Positions 1-11,856 of a stretch of DNA of 64,000 nucleotides are shown piece after piece. Position 1 is the first letter of the stretch. Every line of letters begins with the position of its first letter. A program made the translations under genes and the position numbers. Origin of the DNA: Podarcis melisellensis (Eukaryota); the NCBI GenBank assembly GCA_964234715.1, contig OZ174279.1. The stretch is one strand, 5' to 3'. Under the pieces are notes generated by a model. It saw nothing but the letters and a program-made list of their open reading frames with translations, searched no databases and was not told the origin of the DNA.

Positions 1-48
1 ATTAGCAGAGTCTGTAATCTGAAGCGTCTGTAACCCGAGGTACCACTG
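1..48. mobile_element. Right end of a Tc1/mariner (pogo/Tigger-like) MITE
   Basis: Ends TAACCCGAGGTACCACTG followed by TA, the same terminus as the complete copy at 12715-12948. Confidence 0.75.
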
Positions 49-1199
49 TATCAGATGAATATAAAGTGATAATTGGTTAAAGCGGATGCGTAATATATAT
101 GATAGTGGATGTATGTATGAATGGTGGGTGCATAGTGGTGCTGAGAGTGCCTGGGTGAGTGGAATATCGGTCCAGTGTTTGCCTGGGCGATTACAGCAGA
201 GGAGAGATCACCAGATGTGCCTCAATATCAGTGGTAACAGGCAGGAGGAATTATAGCATTGGAAGCGGATGAGACATCGATGGAGTAGGGACACTGCATG
301 CATGCTGTACCCCCTTCTATCTCTCCATCTATCTGATATTTGGTAGCTCCGTTGAAATGTTTCCCAGTCTGGCGGCACTGCTATTTAACATGAAGTCTGT
401 ATGCAATAAGACCATATCTGGTGGGCAAGCTGGCTGGAGTGGATTTGACCCAGCTTTGCCTGCCTAGGAATTTGGTGCAGCTTTTCCCATCTGGGTATTG
501 TTGCAGCGATATGTTTAAAAGTGCAGTGAGAGGCATAACTTGCCGTGTTTATCTCCAAGGGCTCTAAGCATAGGATGATCATGGCAGCTTCAGTAGCAAT
601 GGTGTTCTTAATCACTCTACTATAAACAACTGGCAGGCTATAGTCCAAACAGTTCCTGTACCTCTACATTCCATTAAATGCCTTTGGACCAAAACATACA
701 TTTAGTTCTTTTGAAAATAATATTTTAAAATCTTCTCTGTCACAGTTGCAGCTTTCCTGAAAACACTCTCTCCAATTGGCCTATATATCTATATCTATAT
801 ATCTGTGGGTGTGAAGGAGGTAGTTGGGATGCATTTTTCACTACTGGGATGCTTCTTCCTTGTTAACAGGATGCAGAGACAACTTATAAGTCACTTCCTG
901 GGAAGGAGGGGCTTCCAACTTACAGAGTGATTCTGACCTTGGCAGTATGTGCCTAGGCGTCTAATTTCATGGTGGACCCAGTCCTTCATTACAGCCCTAG
1001 CAAAAAGTCTCTCCCTGTTTGTTCCACAATTCCAAAAATCTCTGAACTGCCTTCACAGGCTAGTCAACAACAGCAAGAGCCCATTTCACCTCTCATAGTC
1101 CATAGACTATGAAAATTTGAATCCTGTTTGTATCCTAGGTTAACTCACTTCTCAGCCTAACCGTAAGTGTGTAAACAAAGAATTGGCCCGAAGTCTGAA

Positions 1200-2150
1200 G
1201 GGTCTTGAGAAAAGGAACCTAGGCATAATGACAAAAATTTGTGCAGATTCATGGACACCAGGAACTACATTGTTGTGTCAGGGGCATGAAGAGTGTGGAT
1301 CAGATCTGTAGCCCTAGAGTTCCTAGAACAGCTGTAAGTGTGGGATAGGTCCTAGGAAAGATGTATTCCTGCTTGACAGTAAACTAGGTAGCAGCTGAGT
1401 CCCTTCCACATCAAAGGTTTTGGTTGTTGCTCCAAACTAAGGTAAAGCTCAGTTAAGTTCTGGGCAAATGAGCCACCAACTTATAGACTCCATTTAGTAG
1501 TGGAATGAAGAGGACTGGTTTCAGTTGGGCATTCCACTGCTAGAGCTTCCAAGTGCTTACCTAGCTAGGAAGCCCACAACCTAGAGCCTAATAGCTTAGA
1601 ATTAGTGGTCCTCATTGAAGCAAAGCAGAATTATCAGCTGGCATTCCTGCATTTGAAAAACAGACTTCTACAAAAGTTTATTAGGGTGTTCACGAGTAAC
1701 GCCAAAGTAAAGGTTTGCATCTATTGATGAGGAGTCGTAATGTTGTAAGTTGCTCACAAGGAAATGATAAGCATCATGAAGTCATTCTAGGCAGAATGAC
1801 TCCTCTAGTATCTAAGAGTACAACATATGACTAAAGTAGAAAATACCACGGCTGACTATCTTGACTGCCAAAACATAGATGAAGATGTAGGACTGACCCA
1901 TATTCATCCAAAATAGATACTATGCCATCACAATAATTGTGGAGGCTACCAATGCATACAAAACACTTTTCTTTTAATCAGAATGGGTTCTGTGGGGCAG
2001 AAAGTTTCCAAGGCCATTATTACAGTGTGACTTTGCAAGTAATATGGAAGCTTATCAGACAGAGCACATCCATCCTTTTTGGAGTGGTGGTCATTCCTTT
2101 TGGTAAAGAGCACCAATGAGGGAGACAAGTAGAGTGGCCACCTAGACCTT
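1200..2150 (+). mobile_element. Highly decayed DIRS-type retrotransposon fragment (RT / RNase H / MT region)
   Basis: Stop-riddled translations VLGKMYSCL..., QLAFLHL...IRVFTSNAKVKVCIY**G...*AE*LL*YLRVQHMTKVENTTADYLDCQNIDE...HP and LQVIWKLIRQ...VVVIPF resemble recalled DIRS motifs (LLGKM.SC; V.TDN.TA..IN.QGG; WAE..L..L.A.HI.G..N..AD.LSR; RV..KI...VILVAP.W) in the right order. Boundaries are approximate. Confidence 0.5.
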
Positions 2151-2289
2151 TGCACACACACCCTCCAAATCCTGTTAAGTTGCCTTCTTTGCCTTGGTGG
2201 AGGATCCTAAATGAAATGCTACAGCATAAGTAGGCCAGGAGTACCCCATCCAGCTTGGCGGGGGTGGGGTGGAGTAACTGCTCTTGAAA

Positions 2290-2410
2290 TTGTGTGCATG
2301 CACACGAAAGCTCATACCAAGAACTAACTTAGTTGGTCTTTAAGGTGCTACTGGAAGGAATTTTTTTTGTTTTGACTATGGCAGACCAACACGGCTACCT
2401 ATCTGTAACT
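2290..2410 (+). mobile_element. Penelope-like element terminal fragment (partial hammerhead motif)
   Basis: About 120 bp essentially identical to the reverse complement of 9307-9425. Flanked by the direct repeat GTAACTGCTCTTGAAA (2274-2289, 2405-2420). Family assignment is from recall. Confidence 0.7.
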
Positions 2411-2580
2411 GCTCTTGAAACGCAATTGTTGGAGAATGTCCTGTCACCTCATGGGAGACTAACATTTTCTTTACTTTTAATGTTCATTTCAGGTTGTTGT
2501 ATGGGGAAGAACATTATTCCTGTCCTTGCTCTTCTTTCTTGCTGTCATCTGCATTTCAGTCAGTTTGAGAGCTGGGAATG

Positions 2581-2582
<2 letters not shown>

Positions 2583-2646
<64 letters not shown>
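2583..2646. repeat. (CT)32 microsatellite
   Basis: Perfect CT dinucleotide run. Confidence 0.97.
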
Positions 2647-2650
<4 letters not shown>

Positions 2651-5056
2651 CTGCCTCTTTCAGTTACTCTGTTATAGTGGATTTTGTTTCCTTCTGTAAC
2701 ACTTTTATTTAGTAAAGTCATAGAGAGATCCAAGGAGAGAACATCCTCTCTTGCCCCCCCACTCTTCAGGAAGTAATTTCTAATTTGACAGTCTTGTGTT
2801 TTTTATGGAAGGGCATCCCAGTGGTGAAGAATGCTCTCATTCTACATCTTGGAATGAAAATTCATTGCGTGGAGAACATTACTTTCCGTAGTTTCAGAGC
2901 CTTTCCAGTTTTATGCTCAGAATCAATTCATCTTGGTGCAGCCATGAAAATTGGATTTCTTTCCTTTTCTGCGTACTTTTAAAGGATATGTATTGATACC
3001 TCCGTTGGAGTCCTTGAAACAAAATGAGCATGAGTCAGAAATTTACTGGATGTTATTTTCTCAGGAAGGGGGATTGCTATATAGCCTGCAGATTTAATAT
3101 CCTTTCTGTGTATCTATGATCGGCCTTTGTGCACAATATCTCTGCTCTTTCGCTTGTGGGTGGTCTGGCTGAGGAGAGAGTTGTATGCGAGACCATTTTA
3201 TAATAATCCAGCCTCATTGTTGCATTTCTGAAAAGACCTGCTGCTGAATACTCAGCAGTGCACCAAGATTATCCTGAAAGTCTTAGTGTTCAGGAATTGA
3301 ACATGCAGATAACCAAGCAATCTCATCTTGCAGATGAATAAATCTCCTTTTTTTCTGGTAGGGTTTCTCTCAGGTCTGGTTCAGGCATTTGAGCCTATAA
3401 TAGTGTCCTTCACCTGTTGGGAACTGGCTTTGGCAGCAAGGGCACATGTTGCTGCCATCTCACAAATGACACTCTGTGCAAGGTTGAGAAGTATATGTGC
3501 AATTCACCCAATGTATATCTTCCTCCTACACCTGTTGGAAAGGAACATGCAAATCTAGCTGTATGCTCATGATATCTTAGCTCACATACAGGGCACTTCC
3601 ACTGCCACTATTTTTTGGGTGGTATTCAATCACATACAGACAAATGTAGATTGCACTATTATAGTTGATTAGGAGGTCTTGTGCAACAAACCTGAAGGTA
3701 AAGAAAGGGACAGAGAAATGTGTTGGAAATTGTGGGACAGCACTTGTTTTGATGCAACATTGTCTAAACTCCCTGCAAAGAAAGCAGGATAAATGCTCAA
3801 TAAATGGGTCATCTGGGAGTGGCCACAATGTTGTTCACATGGTGTTGGGCACATGCTCTCTAGTAAAAAGGATATTAACATGGGCTGAATGTTTGAATTG
3901 GGTCTAGTGAAACATTCCAACATTCCCTCCATAACACAGGAAATAGCACAAGAATTCTGCAGTCCTCATCTATGGGAGCCAAGAACATATTGGATGGTAT
4001 TGTTCCTTTAGGCAGAGGAAAGTGAGAAATATAGGGCAAGAGTGTATTATATAGTATTGGAGAGTGACCTTCCTCCTCCTTTGGCCCTCCAATCAATACT
4101 TGCACGGGGATTGTAGGAAAAGCCTCATGTATTCTGTGCTGCTGCCTACTACAAATTGACTCATCTACACTCCTAAAACTGTGTGTGGGTACATGATAAT
4201 GGTAAAATACTTTGTTTATTGCAAAGCTCATTCATTAACATGATTTGAACTTGACAGGGTACATCAAGACCCTGGAGTAACCAGGTCTGATATTTTAAAA
4301 ATAATATATTATGAATAATGGGAGATTCTATCTGACATTGGCAAAAAATGAATAAACAAATTCACAAGCTGTCAGATCTGCAACAGTGATATCTTAGAAA
4401 GTTAATTGGACTGTGGCAAAAATCTCCATCCCATTGAAATGATAAAACATCTTAATGGCTGTGGCTTGTGCAGGCTTGTGTGTTTAGCTGTCCCTGATGC
4501 ATTTTCTTGTCCATTATGAGTACTGAATTATAGTCACTTAAAGCGAGGCTTATGTAAAACATTAAATCATTATCCTCTTCTCAGTCAAGGAACTACAGAA
4601 GAGCAATTCACTCTGTTTAGAAACTAACCAGAATAATGACTTTCATATGTCTGGAATATGCACCCCTATTCTATAGCATCTAATATTTTTTTAAATCAAA
4701 ATGATTCTAAAACAGGTTTTACATTGTTTACTAAAATCATCTGTCTCCAAGGGCTATTTGGTATGGACTGAATGGCTGAAAGGCTCATTTCCACAACTTT
4801 TGGAAATACTATCAGTGTGATGTTATCCACCTCTCTGTCCTAAGGAAAATCCAGTTTGTTGATAAGAGAGCAAGTTATCATGGCACAAAGGCAGGGAATG
4901 AGGAATGCTACTTGACAAAATGGTACCCAGCCAAACTAATAGGCTGAAATGCACAATTAGCTTTAAAAAAGACGGAAATAAGTTGAACAACCCATCCTAT
5001 AGATCCATCTACTTTACTTCTAGTTAGTGAAGAGCCAAATTTGCACATGCAGCCCC

Positions 5057-5775
5057 TTTCTTTTTCTTTTCTTTTTTTAAAATATTTTTTATTAAGGATT
5101 TTCTTGTTTTACAGAAGTGTAGTGCCTCGTATTTTTTTTTCTTCTTCTTCCACGTAGCGTTTTTACAAATCTGTTTCATTTGTTGAGGCATTAGGGGAGA
5201 AGAAAAAAGAAAGATAAAAGAAAGGGGGTGGAGACAGGGAAGATGGATGGGGGTGGGGTTGGGTGGCGGTGTTTCTATTATGTTTAATGTATGTAGAGTT
5301 TGGTGTCAGCGTTGCTTGTGTTGTTCACTTGTGTTCCTTTGGTGGTGAGAGAGGTTGGGGTCGGCCTAGGGTGTGATTGTTTGCTTGTGACTGGCTGTGG
5401 TGATCTTTGTTTTCGTGTGTGAGTGAGGTGGGTGGGTGTTTTGGATCAGGTTAGCCATATTGATTTGTATGCTGTTGGTGGATTATTGTCATTGTCCTGT
5501 TGGGCTGTGTATGTGATAAAGGGGAGTCATACCGGGGTGAAGGCGTCTTCTTCTGTTTGTCCCCGTGTCAGTTTCAGTTTATTAGTTAATTTTTCTAGTA
5601 GGGCTGTTTCCCATACTATTTGGAACCATTGGTCCATGCTTACTCCTGACAGGTCTCTCCAGTGTCTGGTTATGATGTTTCTGGCTGCTGAGAGCTGGTG
5701 CGTTATGAGTTCTTTGTGGTGTAAATGGGCATTGTTGTCTTGGAAGATGTTTAGTAAGGCCAGAGTGGCTTTTTG
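5057..5775 (-). mobile_element. 5'-truncated L1/Tx1-clade LINE (ORF2 C-terminus, 3'UTR, A-rich tail)
   Basis: ORF 5527-5811 contains LSAARNIITRHWRD...W..IVWETALLEKL, typical of non-mammalian L1 ORF2 ends. The T-rich tract at 5057-5090 corresponds to the tail. Confidence 0.75.
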
Positions 5776-5888
5776 AAATGCTGCAATGTAGAGGCTGTTC
5801 ATAGGAAGCACTGATGTGTTTATGTAAACTTAAAGCAACTGCCCATACATTTTCTGCGCTTGTCATCATACCTTCATAGAACACCTTT

Positions 5889-6240
5889 TGTAGGTGGTGA
5901 TGGTGTGGTGGAGGGAAGGGGCCAGCCAAGCGAGGAAAGGGCTTGAGGATGCTGCTGAGAGCACCAGCGCCTCACCTAGCCGGGCTGGCCAGGAGGGACA
6001 CACGCCCCTTCCGTCGCCCAGCTTGCACAGAGGGGTGAAACGCAAGGAGGAGGCTTGGGGTGCCGAAGTTCTTAAGTTGGGGGAGAAACCGGAAGGGGCC
6101 ACTCCCGGATTCTGCAAGTGACTGAGACGGACATGAACTTTGTGGATCTGCACTGTAAATAGTTTGCACAATAAAACCTGTAAAAGCCGGGTTGGAGTTC
6201 TGCCTGGTTACTCACGAGCAACCATCACCAGCATCTGACA
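5889..6240 (+). mobile_element. Solo-LTR-like element
   Basis: GC/CpG-rich unit of about 350 bp with TG...CA ends, imperfect terminal inverted repeats (TGTAGGTGGTGATGGT / ACCATCACCAGCATCTGACA) and AATAAA at 6170. No clear TSD. Confidence 0.5.
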
Positions 6241-8483
6241 ATTGCCCTTAGACCTGAGGGTATAGGGCAGTATAGAAATTTTAATAATAATAATTAATGT
6301 GCTTCAAGCACCTGTCTTCCTGACAGGTGACTGGATATATTAATTGGACTTTGCTCTGTAAAGCAGAAAATGACCTGGGAATCAGTGTGAATGTGTGAAT
6401 GTTTTCCTGCCATATACAGAAAACTGGAATGCAGCCGACATGCTGATGGGTGTGCATATCCAACAAACTGCATGTGGCATGACATAACGATTATCATTAG
6501 AACTGACGTGAAGTATTGTCATGCTTAGGTGTCTAACATGATGGATTCTTGAACTGGCAGAGTCGCAACCATAGAGGTGAAGGGTGTTTTGTTCATCTTC
6601 TGCTTAGTTCCAGTATTCAGGAATGCATAATATTGTGCAGATGGAAGATAGCAACCTTTGCATTTTGCTCTTTGGCATTGATATGCCAAGGTTTTTATTT
6701 TTACCTTTCATGAATTCTTCATATCCTCAGATTTCCATTTGATCATCTATTTTGGTGTACTTCCAGATTGCAGGACACATAGCAGTTGTGCTACTCTGTC
6801 ATTGTCTCAATGGGTTTTGTAACTTCAGCTGGTTTCTCCTCCTTCTGGACTTACTAGGTTGGCATATGCAACCATAGCATCATCATTTCCCCCTTTCAGG
6901 CCTGGCAGCTCTATCTTCACTTCCCAACATTAAAGCATCATTACAGCCAAACAGTGCATTGTCTTGCTCAGTGCAGTTTCTTGACAGAATGAGTAGATAT
7001 GGCTCAAGAAGCCATGACAGAGGCCTGAGGATTTTGCTGCAGCACATAATTTCCTGGCGTTAACTCAGAAGTGCTGGCATTCTTACTTCCTACCATCTAA
7101 AAAGTCAAAAGATTGTCCTCAGAAATCCTGACTATCTAAGACCCAGGTATACATGCTTATTCTTCCTAGTGGTAGAAAAAGCATGTTATCACAATTACTC
7201 AAGACAGAAGCATGTTCTTACCCCATTGCTGTTCTTGTCTGAAAATAGTTCAGAATCCTACCAATGTGTGCAACTACAAAGTAGTCATGCAGCATCATGG
7301 GTTATACCCCACCCATCTGGCTGGGCCTCCCCAGCCACTCTGGGTGGCTTCCAAAAGAATATTAAAATACTGTGGTACATCAAACATTAAAAGCATCCCT
7401 AAACTCCTGACCTACAAGAGCTCAGTTACATGGGTGCAGATGGCACTGATATAAGTGTTACATTTTAGCTTCCTGATTTTTAAATTGTACTTGTTTCATA
7501 TGTTACTTTTACCCAACATGGAGACTCATTAATCCTGCAGTTGGGATAAGTATTCTTCCTAGAGTCCTTGAAGGGATGAGATTTTTCAAAAGCTGCTCAA
7601 AATGACTGAGGGTTAAGGTTTCTGCTGTGCAGAATTTGTAATATCAATGGCTGTTGATGAGGCTGTCAAACACTGTCTTCAGCTTTTGATGCTCATACCC
7701 TTGGTATACTAAATGACAACAGCTATAAGTTATTTGCAAGTTCTCCAAAAGGCTTTAAACCCATTACTGGATGTTGTTGGTGAATTATTTAATGGGTAAT
7801 CTAGTAACAACACAGTATAACAATGCAAGAGCTCATAAGATGCCCTGAATCCACAGCCTGTTGGGGATGGGGAAGACTATGAGATTGAATTACTTGGTCA
7901 TTCAGAGGCAAGGTAGTTATTCTTGCACACTACTACTAATATGGGAGGAATAGTAATATTCTAAAGTGGTGCCTGATATACGTAGTTTTATTTTCACTGT
8001 GAGAGAGGGTGTAGGTATCTGGAGCACTTTGCATATTGCACCCCCCCAAATAAAGTGGTTATAATGGGACTCAGTTCTGGGGTGGTGGGAGGGAGCATTT
8101 AAAGAGAAAGTGATCCAATATGTCTGTGGTGATTGTCACTGCGAACTGCTTCTGACTTATGCAGCAACAGCTTCTGTTTTAAGGAGGCAAAGATGTCACA
8201 AGTCAGTGACTCTTAAACATTGTTCCTAAGGGGACATGTCAGTGGAATGTCATGGTTGTTCCAGTTGGCTGGGTCAGAACTTTTACCTGGTAAATTTTAG
8301 CCCCTTCAGACACATAGTTACAAAATTCATTGCAGCCACAAGGTTTCCAAAATTCACTCAAATGTGTTTTTGTGTCAGAATAGTGTATGGATCAGGGGTG
8401 GGGGGGAATCCAACTTTTTAAAAGTATTAACAGTCTTGAAAACGGTTGTGGGTGTTCCCAGTGAAGCAGGTGGTTCTCTAATG

Positions 8484-8619
8484 CAGGCTTTCCCAAACCT
8501 GGGTCTCCAGCTGTTTTGGAACTACAACTCCCATCATCCTTGACCACTGGCCCCACTAGCTAGGGGTGATGCGAGTTGTAGTCTAACAACAGCTGGAAAA
8601 CCGAGTTTGGGAAACCCTG
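8484..8619. mobile_element. hAT (Charlie-like) hairpin MITE
   Basis: Foldback structure CAGG...CCTG with ACTACAACTCCCATCA/TGATG.GAGTTGTAGT arms and a perfect 8-bp TSD CTCTAATG (8476-8483, 8620-8627). Confidence 0.85.
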
Positions 8620-9306
8620 CTCTAATGTCCAATGTGCTGTGGAGAAGGTGGTTGTTTCTGATCGGCCACTGTTTGAAACAGAATGCTGGACTGGGTAGCC
8701 TGTGGTTTTATTCTGCAGATATACGTCATCTGCTTGAGTTGCATGGAGGAGGGAAAAAAGCTTCACCTTTTGGCTGGTACTGGCCTCATGTCCTGTTACA
8801 GTAATGGAGATGAATGTGCAAATTCAGTTTCATTATGTCTGTCTGTCTCTCTCCCCCCCAAGCTTTCAGGAGACTAGTGAACCACAAGTAGGACCCACAA
8901 CAAAATGGTACCATGTGGCGTGCTCATGTTCAGGGTTACAGCCAACCAATCAGCCAGGAAACTCCCTTCCATTCCCCCAAGTCCATTTTCTGTTTCTCAA
9001 CCAATAGCTCTTAGCATTCTGTGGCCACTAAGTTATCATTGTGCTTAAAAAAATAACTCTTCATTACCTCCCACCCTATATTTTGCATACTTCTGCAAAT
9101 CTTGGTATTCTCCCAAGCTTGCTGGCACCCCGTGTGTGTGTGTGGATGATGTTATTGTGTCTACATTGGTATTCAGAGAATGAGCTCCTTAATAGTAGAT
9201 AGGACTGACAGTAGACCGAAGTATTGAAATCATGATCATTTTATGTCCTTCTTATGTCATTAACCTTTTCTCACAGATGGCACACGAAAAGTAATAATTT
9301 AAATTG

Positions 9307-9486
9307 AGTTACAGATAGGTAGCCGTGTTGGTCTGCCATAGTCAAAACAAAAAAAATTCCTTCCAGTAGCACCTTAAAGACCAACTAAGTTAGTTCTTGG
9401 TATGAGCTTTCGTGTGCATGCACACGAAAGCTCATACCAAGAACTAACTTAGTTGGTCTTTAAGGTGCTACTAGAAGGAATTTTTT
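9307..9486 (-). mobile_element. Penelope-like element terminal fragment with an inverted (foldback) 5' end
   Basis: Contains a 136-bp palindrome (9351-9486, 1 mismatch) and a 15-bp TSD TAATTTAAATTGAGT (9295-9309, 9486-9500). Same family as 2290-2410. Confidence 0.75.
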
Positions 9487-11330
9487 AATTTAAATTGAGT
9501 GCATGTTAATAATTTTTCATAAAGACACCAGTTTGGTATCAAGAAGGGAAATAATGAAATGATCCCCTTTCCTTTTACATTTTTAGAAACTGGATTTGAA
9601 GGGTTAGCCCTAACTATAGTGCAATGCTCACATACCTTATTCTTCCACATGAGCATTAAGAACTTTCTTACTTATTATGAAGTGGTTTACAGTGTAAACA
9701 AATTAACAAGTTCCAAGACCCTCTTCTGGCTGCCAGATGGACTTCACGCGGAGGATGCTTATAAATTCTGTAAATAATTTATTTGCATAAAATAAATATG
9801 ACATTTTTAGAAATCAAGGAATGATGGCAAAATGTTTATGCTATTCTTAATAACATGAGAAAGAAAACAAATGGCATTTCAGCCATTTTATTGGCTTAAT
9901 GAAAAATGTTTCCTGAGGGAACTTGTATCAGCTTACTCCTAGGAAACTGTGCATGGGATTGCAGTCATACTGATAATCATAAAGTAGATTTTATGCATTG
10001 TACCACTGTTCTTTGAGTAGTGTATAATAGTGGATCAACATAACTCACTTCATTTTACCTCTTGGAGGTATGATGAACTCCTATGCTCCAGAATTTACCA
10101 CTACACCACTGATTCTGCTCTTATTTGGCACTTGAGAGAGCAGTACAAGTGTAGTAGAACTACCATGCTGTTTCTATCCTGTGCTTCTGACTTTCCTGTG
10201 GACATATCTATTTGTCACACCTAATACTGCTCTGGTCTCCTTGTTGAGAGGCAAATGCCCTTCTACTTGGGTGAATGGGTAGATAGCTAGCAGTAATGCT
10301 TTAGTTACTTTTGTATGGTGTTCAACGGTTATGTATCGGGTCATATTCTTCATGCTGACAATTAACATGGGAGTGGGAATCAGCATTCTATTTCACATCA
10401 AAAGCAGATACCAACAGTACTTAATAAAAAGTAAGGATTGGCTGCTGAAGAAAGATTTGGGATCACATTTGGGTTGCTGGAGCACATGGAAATCAGCACA
10501 GAATAATTGACACCACTTAAAGGATTTCTACGTGCATGATGTTTAATATAATTTTGTACATAGTGTTGGAGCCTCTGGAGGAAAATGGGGAGTGGGGGAG
10601 GATGAATAGCATACTTCAAATACTCTGGCCTTTGATCTGTTTCCATCGTACTAGGATGAGGGAAGCAAACAGCAAATATCAACAGAAGCTATAGGCTGTG
10701 TCAATTTGTGCACCAGTGCACTTGAGTCATCTCAGATTCCTGTGTCACACTCTCCATAGCAACCTGCTTTCGGCAGTAAACTATCCATCCATCCAAATAG
10801 CTATTAGCGTAGATGCTTACTCTGCTGGTGCCCAGGAAACCTGTAAAACTGCTACGAACGAGAATTAAAACATTCTTCAGCTGAAAAACAAGACAATCAA
10901 AAGGCTGGTTCCTACATGGATCACTTCCTTTTGAACAATTCAAAAGTTGAGAATGTGCATACTTTATTTCATTTGTGCTTTACAACTTTGGAGATTTCCC
11001 ATGGTTTGATTGCCAGAAAGGCATTGCAGTGGTGTGGCAGTCCAAAAAAATACCACCTCCAAAGTACTGTTGTTCGGTGAATACGTGATGTGCTTTTTCT
11101 TCTTGCTTGTTTACCTGCATATTTCTGGTAGTGGCTATGTGGTATTGCTTATGGAATAAGCTCACTGATCTGGAAAAAATTAAATCTAATAAAGGAATGT
11201 AGATTAAGTTGAGTGGAGTTCAAGTTTGCTTATGTCCCTTCCGCATGTGACAAGGTGGAGGCATAATGCTAGATGTTGATATAACTAACTTGGCAGAAAC
11301 TTTTACAAACTTAAATATCTGTTCATTGTC

Positions 11331-11856
11331 TTTTTTTAAAGAAATAATATTTATTGAAGTTTTAAGGGTTACAAAAAGCAAAAGTAAAAACACCATATTA
11401 AACAAAAGCAAGTCAACACATCACAATGAGTAAAAAAAGAAAAGAAAAAAAGGAAGGAAAAAAGAACAGAAAAATACAAACAATTAAAAAACACAGCAAC
11501 TCTTCCCATAACTTATCTTTCATTAGCTTGTTTCCTTGACCTCCTCACACCTCCCTTTTTTGTATTCTAGTTCGGTTAGCTATTTCAAAAAATCCTTCCC
11601 ATCTTTTCCAATCTTTGTCCTGTAATTTATCTTCATATTAATGTAACTTTACTTTCCCTCCTTTCACCAATTAACAGTCTGTTTTTTCCTAAACCTTTAT
11701 AACATTTCTGCTAAAACCACATAAATTCGTTCCAACATCATTCTAACATTCATTAATTTTACAATGTTTCTGTAAATAGTCTTTAAATTTCTTCCAATTT
11801 TCCTCCACCGACTCTTCTCCCTGGTCTCGGATTCTGCCAGTCATTTCCGCCAGTTC
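11331..11856 (-). mobile_element. 5'-truncated L1 with target-site duplication
   Basis: The minus strand encodes ELAEMTGRIRDQGEESVEENWKKFKDYLQKHCKINEC-stop (L1 ORF2-like end). Flanked by CTGTTCATTGTCTTTTTTTAA (11319-11339, 11857-11877), which contains a TTTT/AA endonuclease site. Confidence 0.85.
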
